Assembly: GCA_040902845.1 (NCBI GenBank)
Contig: JBBDWM010000034.1
Span: 213,642-277,641, forward strand
Direction: 5' to 3'
DNA from: Acidimicrobiia bacterium
GTDB lineage: Bacteria > Actinomycetota > Acidimicrobiia > Spongiisociales > ZC4RG35
Length of the DNA: 64,000 nt
The notes beneath the pieces are model-generated. The model ran no database searches and was not told where the DNA came from. It saw only the letters and a program-made list of their open reading frames with translations. This document shows positions 63,137 through 64,000 of the stretch, in pieces (the first letter of the stretch is position 1; every line of letters begins with the position of its first letter). The position numbers and the translations under genes are program-made.

Positions 63137-63685
63137 ATGCGGATCATCGCCGGCACGGCCAAGAGCCGAAAGCTGATCGCACCGGATTCAAAGGGGACCC
63201 GCCCCGTGACCGACCGGGTGCGAGAGGCAGTCTTCTCGATCGTTGGCTCATGGGTGGAGGCTGCCAACGTCCTCGATCTCTATGCCGGATCGGGCTCGTT
63301 TGGTCTCGAGGCGCTATCCCGCGGGGCCCGGGCGGCCACATTTGTCGAGAATGGGCCCAAGGCCCTGATTGCCCTGCGACGCAACATCGAAGTCGTCGGC
63401 CTCGGAGGCACCGTGGTGAGTTCAACGGTCTCGGACTACCTGAACCGATCGGCGGGAAGGTACGACCTGGTGTTCATGGACCCCCCATGGACCCAGCCGA
63501 CAGAGATCATGGGAGTCGAACTCGGGCGTCTCGACTCGCTGCTTGCTCCCGGGGCAGAAGTGATCGTGTCACGACGTCACACCGACGAGGAGCCGCCGAT
63601 CCCCGTAACCTGGGGCGTTGCCACCGATAGACGCTACGGAGATACCAGAATCTTCAGGTACGCGAAGGAACCAGAAACCCGATGA
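63137..63685 (+). CDS. rsmD: 16S rRNA (guanine966-N2)-methyltransferase
   Basis: MRIIAGTAKSRKL......TRP..DRVREA.F, DLYAGSG, and DPPW motifs. Confidence 0.9.
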   Translation: MRIIAGTAKSRKLIAPDSKGTRPVTDRVREAVFSIVGSWVEAANVLDLYAGSGSFGLEALSRGARAATFVENGPKALIALRRNIEVVGLGGTVVSSTVSDYLNRSAGRYDLVFMDPPWTQPTEIMGVELGRLDSLLAPGAEVIVSRRHTDEEPPIPVTWGVATDRRYGDTRIFRYAKEPETR

Positions 63686-64000
63686 CGAAAGCTCTTTGCC
63701 CCGGAAGCTTTGATCCTCCAACCAACGGCCACGTGGACGTGATCGAAAGGGCGATCGCCAGTTTCGAAGAGGTGGTCATCGCGATAGTGGACAACCCGGA
63801 CAAGGCTGCCCTATTCACCACGGCCGAACGAGCAGAAATGTTCAAAGATCTCTTCGGTGACCGGGCCCAGGTTGAGACCTTCAGTGGCCTCCTGGTCGAC
63901 TTCGCCCGTGACACTGGAGCCGACGTGGTCATCAAAGGCCTACGTACTGTCGGGGATTACGAGTATGAGCTCCAGATGGCACAAATGAACCGCAACCTCA
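63682..64000 (+). CDS. coaD: Phosphopantetheine adenylyltransferase, 5' part (runs off the window)
   Basis: Not in the ORF track because there is no in-window stop. ATG 63682 overlaps the rsmD stop (ATGA). Translation MTKALCPGSFDPPTNGHVDVIERA... carries the T/H-x-G-H nucleotidyltransferase motif. Confidence 0.9.
   Translation, partial: MTKALCPGSFDPPTNGHVDVIERAIASFEEVVIAIVDNPDKAALFTTAERAEMFKDLFGDRAQVETFSGLLVDFARDTGADVVIKGLRTVGDYEYELQMAQMNRNL

Noticed and set aside
1-64000. tRNA, rRNA, integrase/transposase, prophage or defence-system gene content
   Set aside because: I scanned the intergenic regions and translations. I found no T-arm-like GGTTCGA(A/T)TCC in non-coding sequence, no rRNA signatures and no recombinase, Cas, restriction-modification or Abi-like proteins. 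Apart from the small toxin/antitoxin islet, the window reads as core chromosome.

Overview
High-GC (about mid-60s % by eye), gene-dense chromosomal window. The gene content looks actinobacterial: AdnAB-type helicase-nuclease pair, InhA-like FabI, MenC/MenD/MenF, and many 4-nt start/stop overlaps. That taxonomic placement is inference only. All family calls come from reading the supplied translations and recognising motifs; no searches were run. The ORF track prints M for GTG/TTG starts and always takes the longest ORF, so I trimmed several starts to better-supported codons. Content, in order: menaquinone genes plus a lipoprotein cytochrome c; murI; a small low-GC toxin/antitoxin islet; acyl-CoA synthetases and a split MFE-2-type beta-oxidation pair; a copper operon (CoxG-like, cupredoxin, NosD-like beta-helix protein, NirK-like oxidoreductase); aceE plus a JAMM protein; a B12/radical-SAM enzyme with a CCAEP tail next to an ABC-2 exporter; plsB, dtd and plsY; adnA/adnB; gdh; a Cas4-like nuclease; two bPH_2-SHOCT membrane proteins; fabI; a GAF histidine kinase; a membrane-anchored Mur ligase plus ddl; rpmB; recG, rsmD and coaD. 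I saw no rRNA, tRNA, CRISPR array, transposase or integrase. The most unusual element is the ~830-bp gene-free gap at 47823-48654. On the + strand it carries six C(UUCG)G-capped hairpins. It contains two copies of one RNA module, each with a shared 5' box, a closing helix and a 45/48-identical long hairpin. The segment CGAGAG can pair in two mutually exclusive ways, and a canonical hairpin+U5 terminator sits about 60 nt before the downstream genes. I could not match it to any RNA family I know. Secondary leads are the copper operon, the CCAEP-tail radical-SAM/ABC-2 cluster, the head-to-head toxin/antitoxin pair and the transmembrane Mur ligase-Ddl cluster.
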